In this document: one piece after another, positions 46,963-55,982 of the stretch | Layout: every line of letters begins with the position of its first letter | Position numbering within the stretch: position 1 is the stretch's first letter | From: Anaerolineae bacterium | GTDB taxonomy: Bacteria; Chloroflexota; Anaerolineae; S140-20 | DNA length: 64,000 nt | Reading direction: 5' to 3' | NCBI GenBank assembly: GCA_027021705.1 | Contig: JALUTT010000145.1 | Span: forward strand, 32,001 to 96,000 | Made by a program: the position numbers and the translations under genes | Notes under the pieces: model-generated | The model's input: the letters and a program-made list of their open reading frames with translations, nothing else | What the model was told of the DNA's origin: nothing | Databases searched by the model: none

Positions 46963-47679
46963 CTACCCTCCTTCTGGATGTGAATCGGGGGCCGATCCGA
47001 GGAGGCCCAGGGCGGTCAGTGCTTCGATCACCGGCGGAGGGTGCCAGAGCCAGGCGACCTTCAGCCAGAAGCCGGTCAGGATGGCGGAGCGGTAGACGCC
47101 TTCGGCGTCGGGAGGGACGAGGCGATAGCGGCCCCGGTCGTCCAACCGGTAGAACTCGGCCCGCTCGGTGAGGGGGTCAATGAGCCAGTACTCGGGGATG
47201 CCGGCCTCTTCGTACTCGTAAAACTTCTCGCCTCGGTCGCGCCCCACGCTTTCGGGGGAGACGATCTCGACGGCCAAGTCGGCGGGGCCGTCGAGGTAGG
47301 TCGTCTTCAGCCGGTCCAGATGGTCTTTGGCAACGAAGATCAGGTCGGGCTCCCGCCCTGAGCGGGAGAGCTTCATCTGAAAGGGTGCGCTGAGCACCAC
47401 CCCCAGGTCCCGGTGTTCCACGAAGAGGCGTGTCAAGACGAGGAGGAAGTCGGCGATCTCCTGATGACGCTTTGAGGCCGGGCTGTAGGTGATGACCTTG
47501 CCGTCCACCCATTCGGCCAGGGTGTCCTCGTCGGCCCATTCCAGGAAGGCCTCGTAGCTCATCCGCCGCTCCTGGGGTGGCGCGAGGAGCAGCTCGATCA
47601 GCTCCCGACGCAGTTCGTCGGTAAGCACTCCCGGCTCCCGCAGCAGGGCCAGCGCCTTTTCCCCTTGGGTTGCCATCAT
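46963..47679 (-). CDS. Uma2/DUF820 PD-(D/E)XK endonuclease family protein
   Basis: EWVDG, REPDLIFV, GPADLAVEIVSP, KFYEYEEAGIPEYWLIDP. Confidence 0.92.
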   Translation of the reverse strand: MMATQGEKALALLREPGVLTDELRRELIELLLAPPQERRMSYEAFLEWADEDTLAEWVDGKVITYSPASKRHQEIADFLLVLTRLFVEHRDLGVVLSAPFQMKLSRSGREPDLIFVAKDHLDRLKTTYLDGPADLAVEIVSPESVGRDRGEKFYEYEEAGIPEYWLIDPLTERAEFYRLDDRGRYRLVPPDAEGVYRSAILTGFWLKVAWLWHPPPVIEALTALGLLGSAPDSHPEGG

Positions 47680-47768
47680 CCAGACCTCCTGGGCGACGGA
47701 CCATTGTCGCCGGGCGATCTGCAGGTCGGCTCTCCACCAGAAGCGGAAGGCTACACCTCTCAGAGGGA

Positions 47769-47797
47769 ATTATAGAATGAAAAGGCAATCCCGACAA
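47769..47797 (-). promoter_or_regulatory. Putative promoter for the Uma2 gene
   Basis: TTGTCG-17 nt-TATAAT. Confidence 0.6.
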
Positions 47798-47839
47798 AGG
47801 GGTGATTCCCTATGAGTCGTCGTTGTGGCAAGCCGTCCA

Positions 47840-48928
47840 CTACCAGAGGAGATGACGGTTGCCGATGTGGACGTGGCGCAGGCCGGCCGCTCGGGCGGCT
47901 TCCTCTGCCTCCTCGGCGTGGCGTCGGGGGGTGCGGGGCAGGTCGGGCATGACGAAGTGGGGAGCGAAGGCGAGCAGGGAGTAGGGGATCTCCGGGTTGA
48001 TCTCGGCGATGAAGCGGGCGATGCGGCCTACCTCCTCCGGTGTCACGTAGCCGGGCACCAGGAGCGTGCTCGCCACCACCAGGGGGGGCTCCGGGCGCTC
48101 GGAGAAGCGGGCAGCAGCCCGGGCGAAGTTCTCCAGCGTCTGACGATTGCTCCCTCCGGTGAGGGCGGTGTGGAGCCCCTCGTCGTAGGCTTTCAGGTCG
48201 AACTTGACGATGCCCCCGGTCTCCAAGGAGAGCTGGACGGCCCGGTCCATCAGGCGGGGATGGGCGGTGCCGGCCGTCTCCCAGCAGACGACGACCCCCT
48301 TCTCCGCCAGCAGCTTGGCGGAGGCCAGGGCGTGGGGCATCTGACTGGCAGGGTCGCCGCCGAAGTAGCAGACGCAGTAGGTGCGGGGATTGGCAACCTC
48401 GGCCAACTGGCGGGCGCTCATCATCTCGGAACGGACGGGATCGGCCTCCCGGTAGTGCCAGTTCTGGCAGAAGAGGCAGTCGAGGACGCAACTGGCGTAG
48501 AAGACGGCCAGGTTGTGGTAGCCCCGCATCCGATGGCCGGAGCAGACCCAATCGGCGACGCAGTTGGTGGGGAGCGGATCGCGATACCAGTGCAGGAGGC
48601 CACGCCGGGGGGTGCCGGCCAGGTGAACCAGCCGGCCCCCCCGGACGGTTCGCAGGCCGCAGAACCCCCGCTCCCCTTCGCCGATCCGACAGTCCTGAAC
48701 ACAAAGGCCGCACCGCACCCCATTCTCGGTTCGAGGAGGCGCTTGGGGCAGATCGAAGAGGCGGCGGGCAGCGGCGTGGGCAGCCCTGGCCCGGGTCAGG
48801 GCCTCTTGGGGGTGCTCCAGGATGCAGGCCCGGCAGAGGCCCAGGTAGGCGGCGATGGAGGGGGAGGTGCGTCCGCAGAGGTGGCAGCGCTGCTCATCTT
48901 CGATCGGCTCTGGAGGGATGCGCCACAT
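47840..48928 (-). CDS. Radical SAM protein (AmmeMemoRadiSam/PFL-activase-like)
   Basis: CVLDCLFCQNW (CxxxCxxC), extra N-terminal Cys clusters, FGGDP, KFDLKA, STLLVPG, IGN. Confidence 0.88.
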   Translation of the reverse strand: MWRIPPEPIEDEQRCHLCGRTSPSIAAYLGLCRACILEHPQEALTRARAAHAAARRLFDLPQAPPRTENGVRCGLCVQDCRIGEGERGFCGLRTVRGGRLVHLAGTPRRGLLHWYRDPLPTNCVADWVCSGHRMRGYHNLAVFYASCVLDCLFCQNWHYREADPVRSEMMSARQLAEVANPRTYCVCYFGGDPASQMPHALASAKLLAEKGVVVCWETAGTAHPRLMDRAVQLSLETGGIVKFDLKAYDEGLHTALTGGSNRQTLENFARAAARFSERPEPPLVVASTLLVPGYVTPEEVGRIARFIAEINPEIPYSLLAFAPHFVMPDLPRTPRRHAEEAEEAARAAGLRHVHIGNRHLLW

Positions 48929-48948
48929 CGCTCTCCCCTGGATCACCT

Positions 48949-49191
48949 TCAGGGCAGGGTGCCCATCTCTTCGCCGACGATGGCCCTGCCCTTCTCGGTG
49001 ATCCCGTAGACGGGCGTGGCCAGGCTTTTGCGCACCAGCCCGGCCGCTGCCATCCGCTCCAGGGCAGCGGCGACGGTTCGGCCATCGGCACCGATATGGC
49101 GTCCGATCTCGTAGGGGCTGTGGTAGCCCCGATGCTGGTGCATGTAGTCCAGGATCAGCAGGTCCAGGTCGGAAAGCTCCAGCTCAGCCAT
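48949..49191 (-). CDS. Small winged helix-turn-helix protein
   Basis: LSDLDLLIL, SPYEIGRHIG, LERMAAAGLV, YGITEKG. AAAGGAGG RBS. Confidence 0.75.
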   Translation of the reverse strand: MAELELSDLDLLILDYMHQHRGYHSPYEIGRHIGADGRTVAAALERMAAAGLVRKSLATPVYGITEKGRAIVGEEMGTLP

Positions 49192-49351
49192 TGTCGTGCC
49201 TCCTTTCCGGGGCGGTGGTGCCGCCCTTCACAGTCTGGAGGTAGGATGGAGGCCGGGTTGAGGCGGTTTCCCAGGATCTGATCTCAACGCCGCCCCTGTG
49301 CCCTGCTGCTCAGTCCGACCTGGAGGCCGTTGGCTGGAGAGGCCGTCCGGC

Positions 49352-50455
49352 CTACTCCAGCGCCTCCCATCGGCCGGCCAGCCGTTCCATCACCTGGGGC
49401 ATGGTCGTGTACTCCATCTCCTCCATCGGGAGGCGGTGAGGCTCGAAGGGGCCGTGGCGGCGCAGGTGGTCAGCAATGAGGTTGCAGAGGCGACGCGCCT
49501 CGTCGAAGCTGGGATCGTCGAACATATCCCGGGGGCCAACGAGCCGCCCATCGGCGATCTGAAAGCCCAGGCCGACGACCCGAGGGGGGCCGTCGAAGCG
49601 GCTGGGGTTGGCCTCCCGGACGGAGACGGGCATCAGCGGACCATGGTGGGAGCCCCGCATCCATCCCTCGACGATGTGAGGCGTCGCGAAGGGCTCTAGA
49701 ACCTCGCCCACCGCCGGGAACTGGGACTGGGTACGGACGATGCAGACGGGATCGTCCTTGCCCACGTAGCGGCCGGCGATGAGGGAGAGCCGCTCTGTGG
49801 AAGAGACGGCTGCGATCTCGTTGTCCTTCTTGGTGTAGACCGCCTTGATGGCGTAACGGCTCGGTGCTCCGATGAAGACCAACAGGTCGTAGGACTCCTC
49901 GGGGGTGTCGAAGAAGATGCGGCGGTGTTCCTTCACGTCGTGGACTTCAAAGCGGAAGCCATCGTGCAGGGCGGGCGAGATGACCAGGCCGGCGGTGTTG
50001 AAGGGATCGGCGAAGATCTTGTACAGGGGGAGGTTCCAGGCACCGGCCGAGGTCTTGTCGGCCATAAAGATCAGCACAGGCTCCGCTTTGCGCTCCACAA
50101 AGCTCATCTCGGCCACCCCCGGTCCCATCCCTCGGATGTTGCCGGAGAAGGCGTCGCTCAACAGGTCTTGTCCGGCTCCGTAGAGCTTCAGGTCCCTGGC
50201 CACCTGAGTGCAGCGTTCAAAGACCTCCCAGGCCAGGCCGTGGATCGTGGCGTTGTCGGTCCCCTGGGTGTGGGTCATGATGAGCTGCAGGTCGTCACCG
50301 CAGTGGGTCACGTAGAAGTCTACAATGGTGCCCTTCCGCTGCGCTTGCTCCAGTTGCTCCCGAGATGCTTCCTCCAGATTGGGGTGGATGCTGGAATGGC
50401 CAACGTAGCCGCCGATGTCGGCTTTGATGACGCTGAGGGTGATTTCCTGAGCCAT
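49352..50455 (-). CDS. fbp: Bifunctional fructose-1,6-bisphosphate aldolase/phosphatase (class V)
   Basis: IKADIGG.VGH, GDD, LYGAGQDLL.D, ADKT, GRYVGKDDP, GWMRGSH, EMEYTT. Confidence 0.95.
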   Translation of the reverse strand: MAQEITLSVIKADIGGYVGHSSIHPNLEEASREQLEQAQRKGTIVDFYVTHCGDDLQLIMTHTQGTDNATIHGLAWEVFERCTQVARDLKLYGAGQDLLSDAFSGNIRGMGPGVAEMSFVERKAEPVLIFMADKTSAGAWNLPLYKIFADPFNTAGLVISPALHDGFRFEVHDVKEHRRIFFDTPEESYDLLVFIGAPSRYAIKAVYTKKDNEIAAVSSTERLSLIAGRYVGKDDPVCIVRTQSQFPAVGEVLEPFATPHIVEGWMRGSHHGPLMPVSVREANPSRFDGPPRVVGLGFQIADGRLVGPRDMFDDPSFDEARRLCNLIADHLRRHGPFEPHRLPMEEMEYTTMPQVMERLAGRWEALE

Positions 50456-50551
50456 AGCAACCTCCTTGCTCTGTTGGGTGGGATGTTGATCGGATCACTC
50501 ACAGGCCTGGGCCTGCCTGTTGCTGTGGCGGGAGGGTCGTGTCGTGGGCGG

Positions 50552-51490
50552 TCAGCGGAAGAGAGCACTCACGGAGCGCTCTTCGTGGATGCGGCGGATC
50601 GCTTCAGCGAAGAGAGGAGCGACGCTGAGAACGGTCAGACCGGGCCAGTGCTGATCAGGACGGAGAGGGATGGTGTCGGTCACAACGATCTGTCGAAGGG
50701 GCGACTGACGCAGCCGCTCTGCGGCATCGCCGGCGAAGACGGGGTGGGTGGCGCAGGCGTAGACGGCCCTGGCTCCTCGCGCCAGCAGGATCTCGGTGGT
50801 CTGGAGCAGGGTGCCACCGCTGGAGATCATATCGTCTATGATGATGGCCGTCTTCCCCTCCACGTCCCCGACGATGCCCAGGATGTGCGGTTCGTCAAAG
50901 GCGGGCCGGTGTTTGGTGATGAAGACGACGGGGGTCTCCAGGCGGTGGGCGAAGTCCAAGGCACGGCGCACCCCGCCCGCATCGGGTGCGACAGTGATTG
51001 CATCGTCCAAGCTCAAGTCTCGGAAGTAAGCAGCCATCAGCGGGGTGGCCGGCAGGTTGTCCACGGGGATGTGGAAGAAGCCGGCGATGGCCGGGGCGTG
51101 CAGGTCCAGCGTCAACAGCCGCTCGGCCCCGGCCGTCATCAACAGGTCGGCCACCAGCTTGGCGGTGATCGGCTCTCGCCCGATGGTCATCTTCTCCTGG
51201 CGGGCGTAGCCGTAGTAGGGAACTACTGCCGTGATCCGCCCGGCCGACGAACGGCGCAGGGCGTCTATGAGGATCAGTAGCTCCATCAGGTGCTCGTTCA
51301 CCGGCGGGCAGGTGGGCTGGATGACGAAGGCATCCCGCCCCCGCACATTCTCGCGGATCTGCACCCGCGTCTCCCCATCGGGAAAGCGGTCTACCCGTGC
51401 TTTGCCCAGGGGGACGCCCAGCTCTTCGGCAATGGCTGCGGCAAGAGCGGGGTTGGCATTGCCGGTGAAGAGGACCAGTTCATGGCTCAT
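50552..51490 (-). CDS. prs: Ribose-phosphate pyrophosphokinase
   Basis: FPDGE, PYYGYARQ, DLHA, APDAGGV, DDMISSGGT, CATH. Confidence 0.96.
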   Translation of the reverse strand: MSHELVLFTGNANPALAAAIAEELGVPLGKARVDRFPDGETRVQIRENVRGRDAFVIQPTCPPVNEHLMELLILIDALRRSSAGRITAVVPYYGYARQEKMTIGREPITAKLVADLLMTAGAERLLTLDLHAPAIAGFFHIPVDNLPATPLMAAYFRDLSLDDAITVAPDAGGVRRALDFAHRLETPVVFITKHRPAFDEPHILGIVGDVEGKTAIIIDDMISSGGTLLQTTEILLARGARAVYACATHPVFAGDAAERLRQSPLRQIVVTDTIPLRPDQHWPGLTVLSVAPLFAEAIRRIHEERSVSALFR

Positions 51491-53954
51491 CCCCCTCCTC
51501 GTCTTCGCCTTCGGCTTCGGAGGCGCTGCTCGATGCCCTCTCTTCCTCTTCTCCTTCTCGTCGGGTTGCCCGCCGCAGTTCCTCGGCCAGCTCAGCCAGC
51601 CGTTGGGAGACGGCCCAGTTGACCGTTCCCTCGGGGTAGGTGCCGTCCTCCTGCAACTCGCCGGCCGGAACGCCCGTGAGGATCTCGATCCCTTCGTCCA
51701 CCGTCCGCACCGGCCAGATGTGGAACTCACCCTCCCGGACCGCTTCGATCACGTCCTCCCGCAGCATCAGGTTGCGGACATTGCCGACCGGGATGATCAC
51801 GCCCTGATCACCTGTCAGCCCTTTGGCCTTGCAGATGTCGAAGAACCCCTCGATCTTCTCGTTGATCCCCCCGACGGGCTGGAGCTCGCCGTGCTGGTTC
51901 ACCGAGCCGGTGACGGCGATCCCCTGTTTGATAGGGTAGCCAGAAAGGCTGGAGAGGATGGCATAGAGCTCGGTCGAGGAGGCGCTGTCCCCTTCCACAC
52001 CCTCGTAGGACTGCTCGAAGACCAAGCTGGCCGAGAGGGTCAGGGGGGCGTTCTGGGCGTACTTACGGCCCAAGTAGCTGCTCAGGATGAGCACGCCCTT
52101 GCTGTGGATGGGACCGCTGAGCTCCACTTCGCGCTCGATGTTGACGACGCCGGCCTTGCCCACGAAGGTGTTGGCCGTCACCCGAGAGGGCCGACCGAAG
52201 GTATAGTCCCCCAGCAGGATTACCGAGAGGCCGTTGATCTGACCCACCCGCTCGCCGGTGGTGTCAATCATCACCGTCCCTTGGGTGATGAGCTCTTTGA
52301 TCCGCTCCTCCAGCAGGTTGCTGCGGAAGGTCTTTTCCTCGATAGCGCGGCGGACGTCGTCGGCGGTGACCACCGAGTGGCCGTTGCGGCTGGCCCAGAA
52401 GCTGGCTTCTCGGACCAGGTCGGCGATCTCCCCAAAGCGGGTGGAGAGCTTGTACTGGTCCTCCACCAGCCGGGAACTGTGCTCGATCACCTGGGCCACC
52501 GCCCCCCGGTCGAAGGGGAGCAGTCCGTCCTCCTGACAGATGGTGCGCACGAAGAGGGCGTACTGATACTCCGTCTCCGGCGTGCGGTCCATCTGGGTGG
52601 CGAAGTCGGCCTTCACCTTGAAGAGCTTTTGGAAGTCTTCCTCGTAGTAGTAGAGCAGATAGTAGAGCAGGGGGCTGCCGATGAGGACGACCTTCACGTC
52701 CAGCGGGATGGGCTCCGGCTCCAGCGTGACGGTGCTGACCAAGCTGAGCTGGGTGCCCAGCTCCTCGATGCGGATGCAGCGGTCCTTCAGCGAGCGCTTC
52801 AGGCCGTCCCAGGCGAAGGGGTTGAGGAGCACATCTCGCACGGGGAGGATCAGGTAGCCCCCGTTGGCCCGGTGCAGCGCCCCCGGCTTGATCATCGTGA
52901 AGTCGGTGGAGAAGACGCCCATCACCGCTTGGTGCTCGATCCGCCCGATGAGGTTGTGGTAGGTGGGGTTCGTCTCCACGACCACCGGTGCTCCCTTCTC
53001 CTCGCTGCGGTCCACCAGCACGTTCACCTCGTAGCGGGTGAAGGGGGAACGCTCAACGGGGAGGGGGATGCCGGCGATCTGGGCCTTAGGCTTCTCCTCG
53101 CCGGCCTTGAAGAGGTCCACGTTCTCCACGATGTCATCCCGCACACTGTCCAGGTAGGCCAGCACCTCATCCAGCCCTTCGTACTTTTCCTTCAGGTCCT
53201 CGATGAGGTGGCCGACGGCGAAGAGGGTGGTCTCCCGGTCCAGTTGGCGGAGCTTCTCCCGCATCTCCTTCTCCAGCTCACGGATGCGGCGCAGGCCCTG
53301 CTCGACTTTCTGCTCCAGCTTCTCGCGCAGTTTCTGGACCTTGGCCCGGCGCTCTTCGGAGAGTTGCTGCAGTTGGGCCTCGGTGAGGGGTTTGCCTTCC
53401 ACCGCCGGGGTGAGGACTAGGCCACCGGGTACTTTGATGAGGGCGAAGCCCCACTCCTGGGCCTCCTTCTGCAGGGCCTCGAAGGCGGCGGCCTGCTGAT
53501 CTTGGGTCTCCTTGATGATCTTCTCGCGGGCCTCCTGGTATTCCTCGCTCTCGAAGGCGCGGGGAATGTCCTGACGGCAGCGGTCCACCAGCTCGGCCAT
53601 ATCGTTGCGCAAGACGATGCCTTGGCCAGGGGGCAGGCGGAGCGCCTTGGGATGGTGGGGGTCGGCGAAGTTGTTCACGTAGCACCAGTCGGAGGGCACA
53701 TCTTCCTCGCTGGCGATGCGCTCTAGGTGCTTGCGGACCAGGGTGGTTCTGCCGGAGCCGGGGAGCCCCAGGGCGAAGACGTTGAAGCCATAGCTAGCGA
53801 TCCCTGCCCCGAAGTCCACCGCCCGCATCGCCCGCTCCTGGCCGATGAAATCCTGCAAGGTGGGCAGGTCGTCGGTCGTCTCAAAATCGAAGGTAGAGGG
53901 ATCACAGATGCGACGGAGTTGCTCAGGCCTGAGTTCGATGGTCTGGTTGGGCAT
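51480..53954 (-). CDS. LonC-type (AAA_32 plus Lon_C) protease
   Basis: IGQERA, degenerate Walker A GLPGSGRT, GALHRANGG, GQINGL, catalytic EGDSASS and GINEKIEGF. Confidence 0.9.
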   Translation of the reverse strand: MPNQTIELRPEQLRRICDPSTFDFETTDDLPTLQDFIGQERAMRAVDFGAGIASYGFNVFALGLPGSGRTTLVRKHLERIASEEDVPSDWCYVNNFADPHHPKALRLPPGQGIVLRNDMAELVDRCRQDIPRAFESEEYQEAREKIIKETQDQQAAAFEALQKEAQEWGFALIKVPGGLVLTPAVEGKPLTEAQLQQLSEERRAKVQKLREKLEQKVEQGLRRIRELEKEMREKLRQLDRETTLFAVGHLIEDLKEKYEGLDEVLAYLDSVRDDIVENVDLFKAGEEKPKAQIAGIPLPVERSPFTRYEVNVLVDRSEEKGAPVVVETNPTYHNLIGRIEHQAVMGVFSTDFTMIKPGALHRANGGYLILPVRDVLLNPFAWDGLKRSLKDRCIRIEELGTQLSLVSTVTLEPEPIPLDVKVVLIGSPLLYYLLYYYEEDFQKLFKVKADFATQMDRTPETEYQYALFVRTICQEDGLLPFDRGAVAQVIEHSSRLVEDQYKLSTRFGEIADLVREASFWASRNGHSVVTADDVRRAIEEKTFRSNLLEERIKELITQGTVMIDTTGERVGQINGLSVILLGDYTFGRPSRVTANTFVGKAGVVNIEREVELSGPIHSKGVLILSSYLGRKYAQNAPLTLSASLVFEQSYEGVEGDSASSTELYAILSSLSGYPIKQGIAVTGSVNQHGELQPVGGINEKIEGFFDICKAKGLTGDQGVIIPVGNVRNLMLREDVIEAVREGEFHIWPVRTVDEGIEILTGVPAGELQEDGTYPEGTVNWAVSQRLAELAEELRRATRREGEEEERASSSASEAEGEDEEGDEP

Positions 53955-54001
53955 CGCGCCTCCTTCCCCCATCACGTTCCTTGCATCACCTTTCACTATT
54001 C

Positions 54002-54066
54002 ATCTTAGCACATCTGGCGAGGAAAGTCAACGACCCGTTGCCCTTCGTGCTCATTTGTGTTACACT
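54002..54066. promoter_or_regulatory. Back-to-back divergent promoters (LonC operon and dynamin operon)
   Basis: Minus strand: TTGACT-17-TAAGAT (54030-54002). Plus strand: TTGCCC-17-TACACT (54038-54066). Both have TG extensions. Confidence 0.55.
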
Positions 54067-54086
54067 AGAGGGGCGTTTCCTCAAGG

Positions 54087-54208
54087 GTGGCTATTCAGCC
54101 TACCCTCCCGCAGGTCACCGGTCGAGGGCGCTTTCGGCCCCGATGGGCTATTGGAAGCACGGTTTCGCGTCGGAAACACGCCTAACCTGCGGGAGGGTGG
54201 ACAGTTAC
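54087..54208 (-). mobile_element. 122-bp MITE, copy 4 (reverse orientation)
   Basis: Reverse complement of copy 1. Flanks CCTCAAGG (54079-54086) and CTTCAAGG (54209-54216). Confidence 0.88.
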
Positions 54209-54233
54209 CTTCAAGGGCTCGGAAGCGGAGGGG

Positions 54234-55982
54234 ATGATGCTTGACGTGCGCTTGACGCCGGCGCAGGAACGGTTGGTGGACCAGGTACGCCAGTGGCTGG
54301 AAGCGTTGCAGGCCGCTCTGGTCGAGTTGAAGGCTACAGCGGAGGACCAGGAGGCCCTGGATCAGTCCTTGCGTCAGTTGGACGACTTCTTCCTCTTGGT
54401 TGTCGTGGGAGAGTTCAACGCGGGCAAGTCTGCCTTCATCAACGCGCTCCTGGGCCATCCCTTGCTGGAGGAGGGCGTTACCCCCACTACCCGGGCCATC
54501 CACTTGCTGCGCTACGGCGAGGAACCGGATCGCACCTTCCAGGATGGCCTCTGGATCCAGACGGCTCCTTTGGACCTGCTCCGCACCATCCACATTGTGG
54601 ACACGCCGGGGACCAACGCGGTCCTGCGGGAGCACGAGGCCATCACCGAGGCTTTCGTCCCCCGCAGCGATCTGGTTCTCTTCGTCACCTCGGCCGACCG
54701 CCCCTTCACCGAGAGCGAGCGCCGTTTCCTGGAGAAGGTACGGGCCTGGGGGAAGAAGATCCTCTTCGTCGTCAACAAGATTGACATCCTCCCCGATGAG
54801 GACGCCATCCAAAAGGTGACCGATTTCGTGGCCCAGAACGCTCAGCGGCTGCTGGGGGTGACGCCGGTGGTCTTTCCCATCTCCGCCCGGTGGGCGTTGC
54901 GGGCGCGGGAGACGGGGGACCGGGCGGTGCTGGCCGGCAGCCGCTTCCCGGCCCTGGAGCGCTACATCCGGGAGACCCTGGACGAGGCCGGCCGCTTCCG
55001 CCTCAAGCTGCTCAACCCCCTGGGTGTGGGCCGACGACTGGCGAACCACTACCGGGAGGCGGTCGAGGCGGAGCTGGCCCTGCTGGCCGCCGACCGAGAG
55101 GCCATTGACGGCCTGGAGCGCCAACTGGCCCTCTACGAGGCCGACGTCCGACGGGATTTCCGCCTGCGGTTGAGCGAGATGGACAACTGGCTCCACGAGA
55201 TGGAGAAGCGAGGGCGGCTCTTCTTCGACGAGACGCTGCGGCTGGCCCGGCTCTTCGACCTGATGAAGAAGGAACGGGTGCAGAAAGCCTTCGCCGAGCA
55301 GGTGGTTGCCGATACGCCGGAGCGGATCGAGACGGCCATCGAGGACCTGATTGACTGGCTGGTGGACCAGGACCTGCGCCAATGGCAGGCGGTGACCGGT
55401 TACCTGGAGGCTCAGGTGAAGGCTTACGAAGACCGGCTGGTGGGGCCGACAGGGGCGCTGGGGGGAGCGCTGGCTCAGGACCGCCGCCGGCTGCTGGAAT
55501 CGGTGGGGCAGGCAGCCCGCCGGACCATCGCCGGCTACGACCGGGAGGCGGAGGCGGCGATGCTGGCCGAGACGGCCCAGCGGGCCGTGGCCGAGTCGGC
55601 CCTCTTCGAGGTGGGGGCGGTGGGGTTGGGCACGTTGTTGACCTTGGTGCTGACCTCGACGGCGGCCGACCTGACGGGGCTGGCGGCGGCCGGCACCGTC
55701 GCCCTGATGGGCTTCCTGGTCATCCCCACCCGTCGGCGCCAGGCCAAGGCCCGGCTGGAGGAGAAGGTCGGGCAGTTGCGTCGCCGGCTGGTGCAGGAGC
55801 TGACCCACCACTTCGAGCGGGAGTTCAACCACAGCCTGCAGCGGATCCGCGACGCCGTGGCCCCTTACACCCGCTTCGTGCGGGCGGAGACGGCCCGGCT
55901 GGAGGCCCAACAGGCCCGCCTGGCCGAGATCGTGGAGGCGCTGCAGGCCCTGCAGGTCGAGGTGGAGCGGTGGAAGGGCTGA
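54234..55982 (+). CDS. Bacterial dynamin-like GTPase with C-terminal hydrophobic hairpin
   Basis: G1 GEFNAGKS, G2 GVTPTT, G3 DTPG, G4 NKID, helical stalk, two hydrophobic segments. Confidence 0.9.
   Translation: MMLDVRLTPAQERLVDQVRQWLEALQAALVELKATAEDQEALDQSLRQLDDFFLLVVVGEFNAGKSAFINALLGHPLLEEGVTPTTRAIHLLRYGEEPDRTFQDGLWIQTAPLDLLRTIHIVDTPGTNAVLREHEAITEAFVPRSDLVLFVTSADRPFTESERRFLEKVRAWGKKILFVVNKIDILPDEDAIQKVTDFVAQNAQRLLGVTPVVFPISARWALRARETGDRAVLAGSRFPALERYIRETLDEAGRFRLKLLNPLGVGRRLANHYREAVEAELALLAADREAIDGLERQLALYEADVRRDFRLRLSEMDNWLHEMEKRGRLFFDETLRLARLFDLMKKERVQKAFAEQVVADTPERIETAIEDLIDWLVDQDLRQWQAVTGYLEAQVKAYEDRLVGPTGALGGALAQDRRRLLESVGQAARRTIAGYDREAEAAMLAETAQRAVAESALFEVGAVGLGTLLTLVLTSTAADLTGLAAAGTVALMGFLVIPTRRRQAKARLEEKVGQLRRRLVQELTHHFEREFNHSLQRIRDAVAPYTRFVRAETARLEAQQARLAEIVEALQALQVEVERWKG

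Noticed and set aside
49195..49330. Moco/tungsten riboswitch-like words (GAAAC..GCCTC, GGAAAGGAG) upstream of the wHTH gene
   Set aside because: Spacing and stems do not fit the motif as I recall it; an Rfam scan would be needed.
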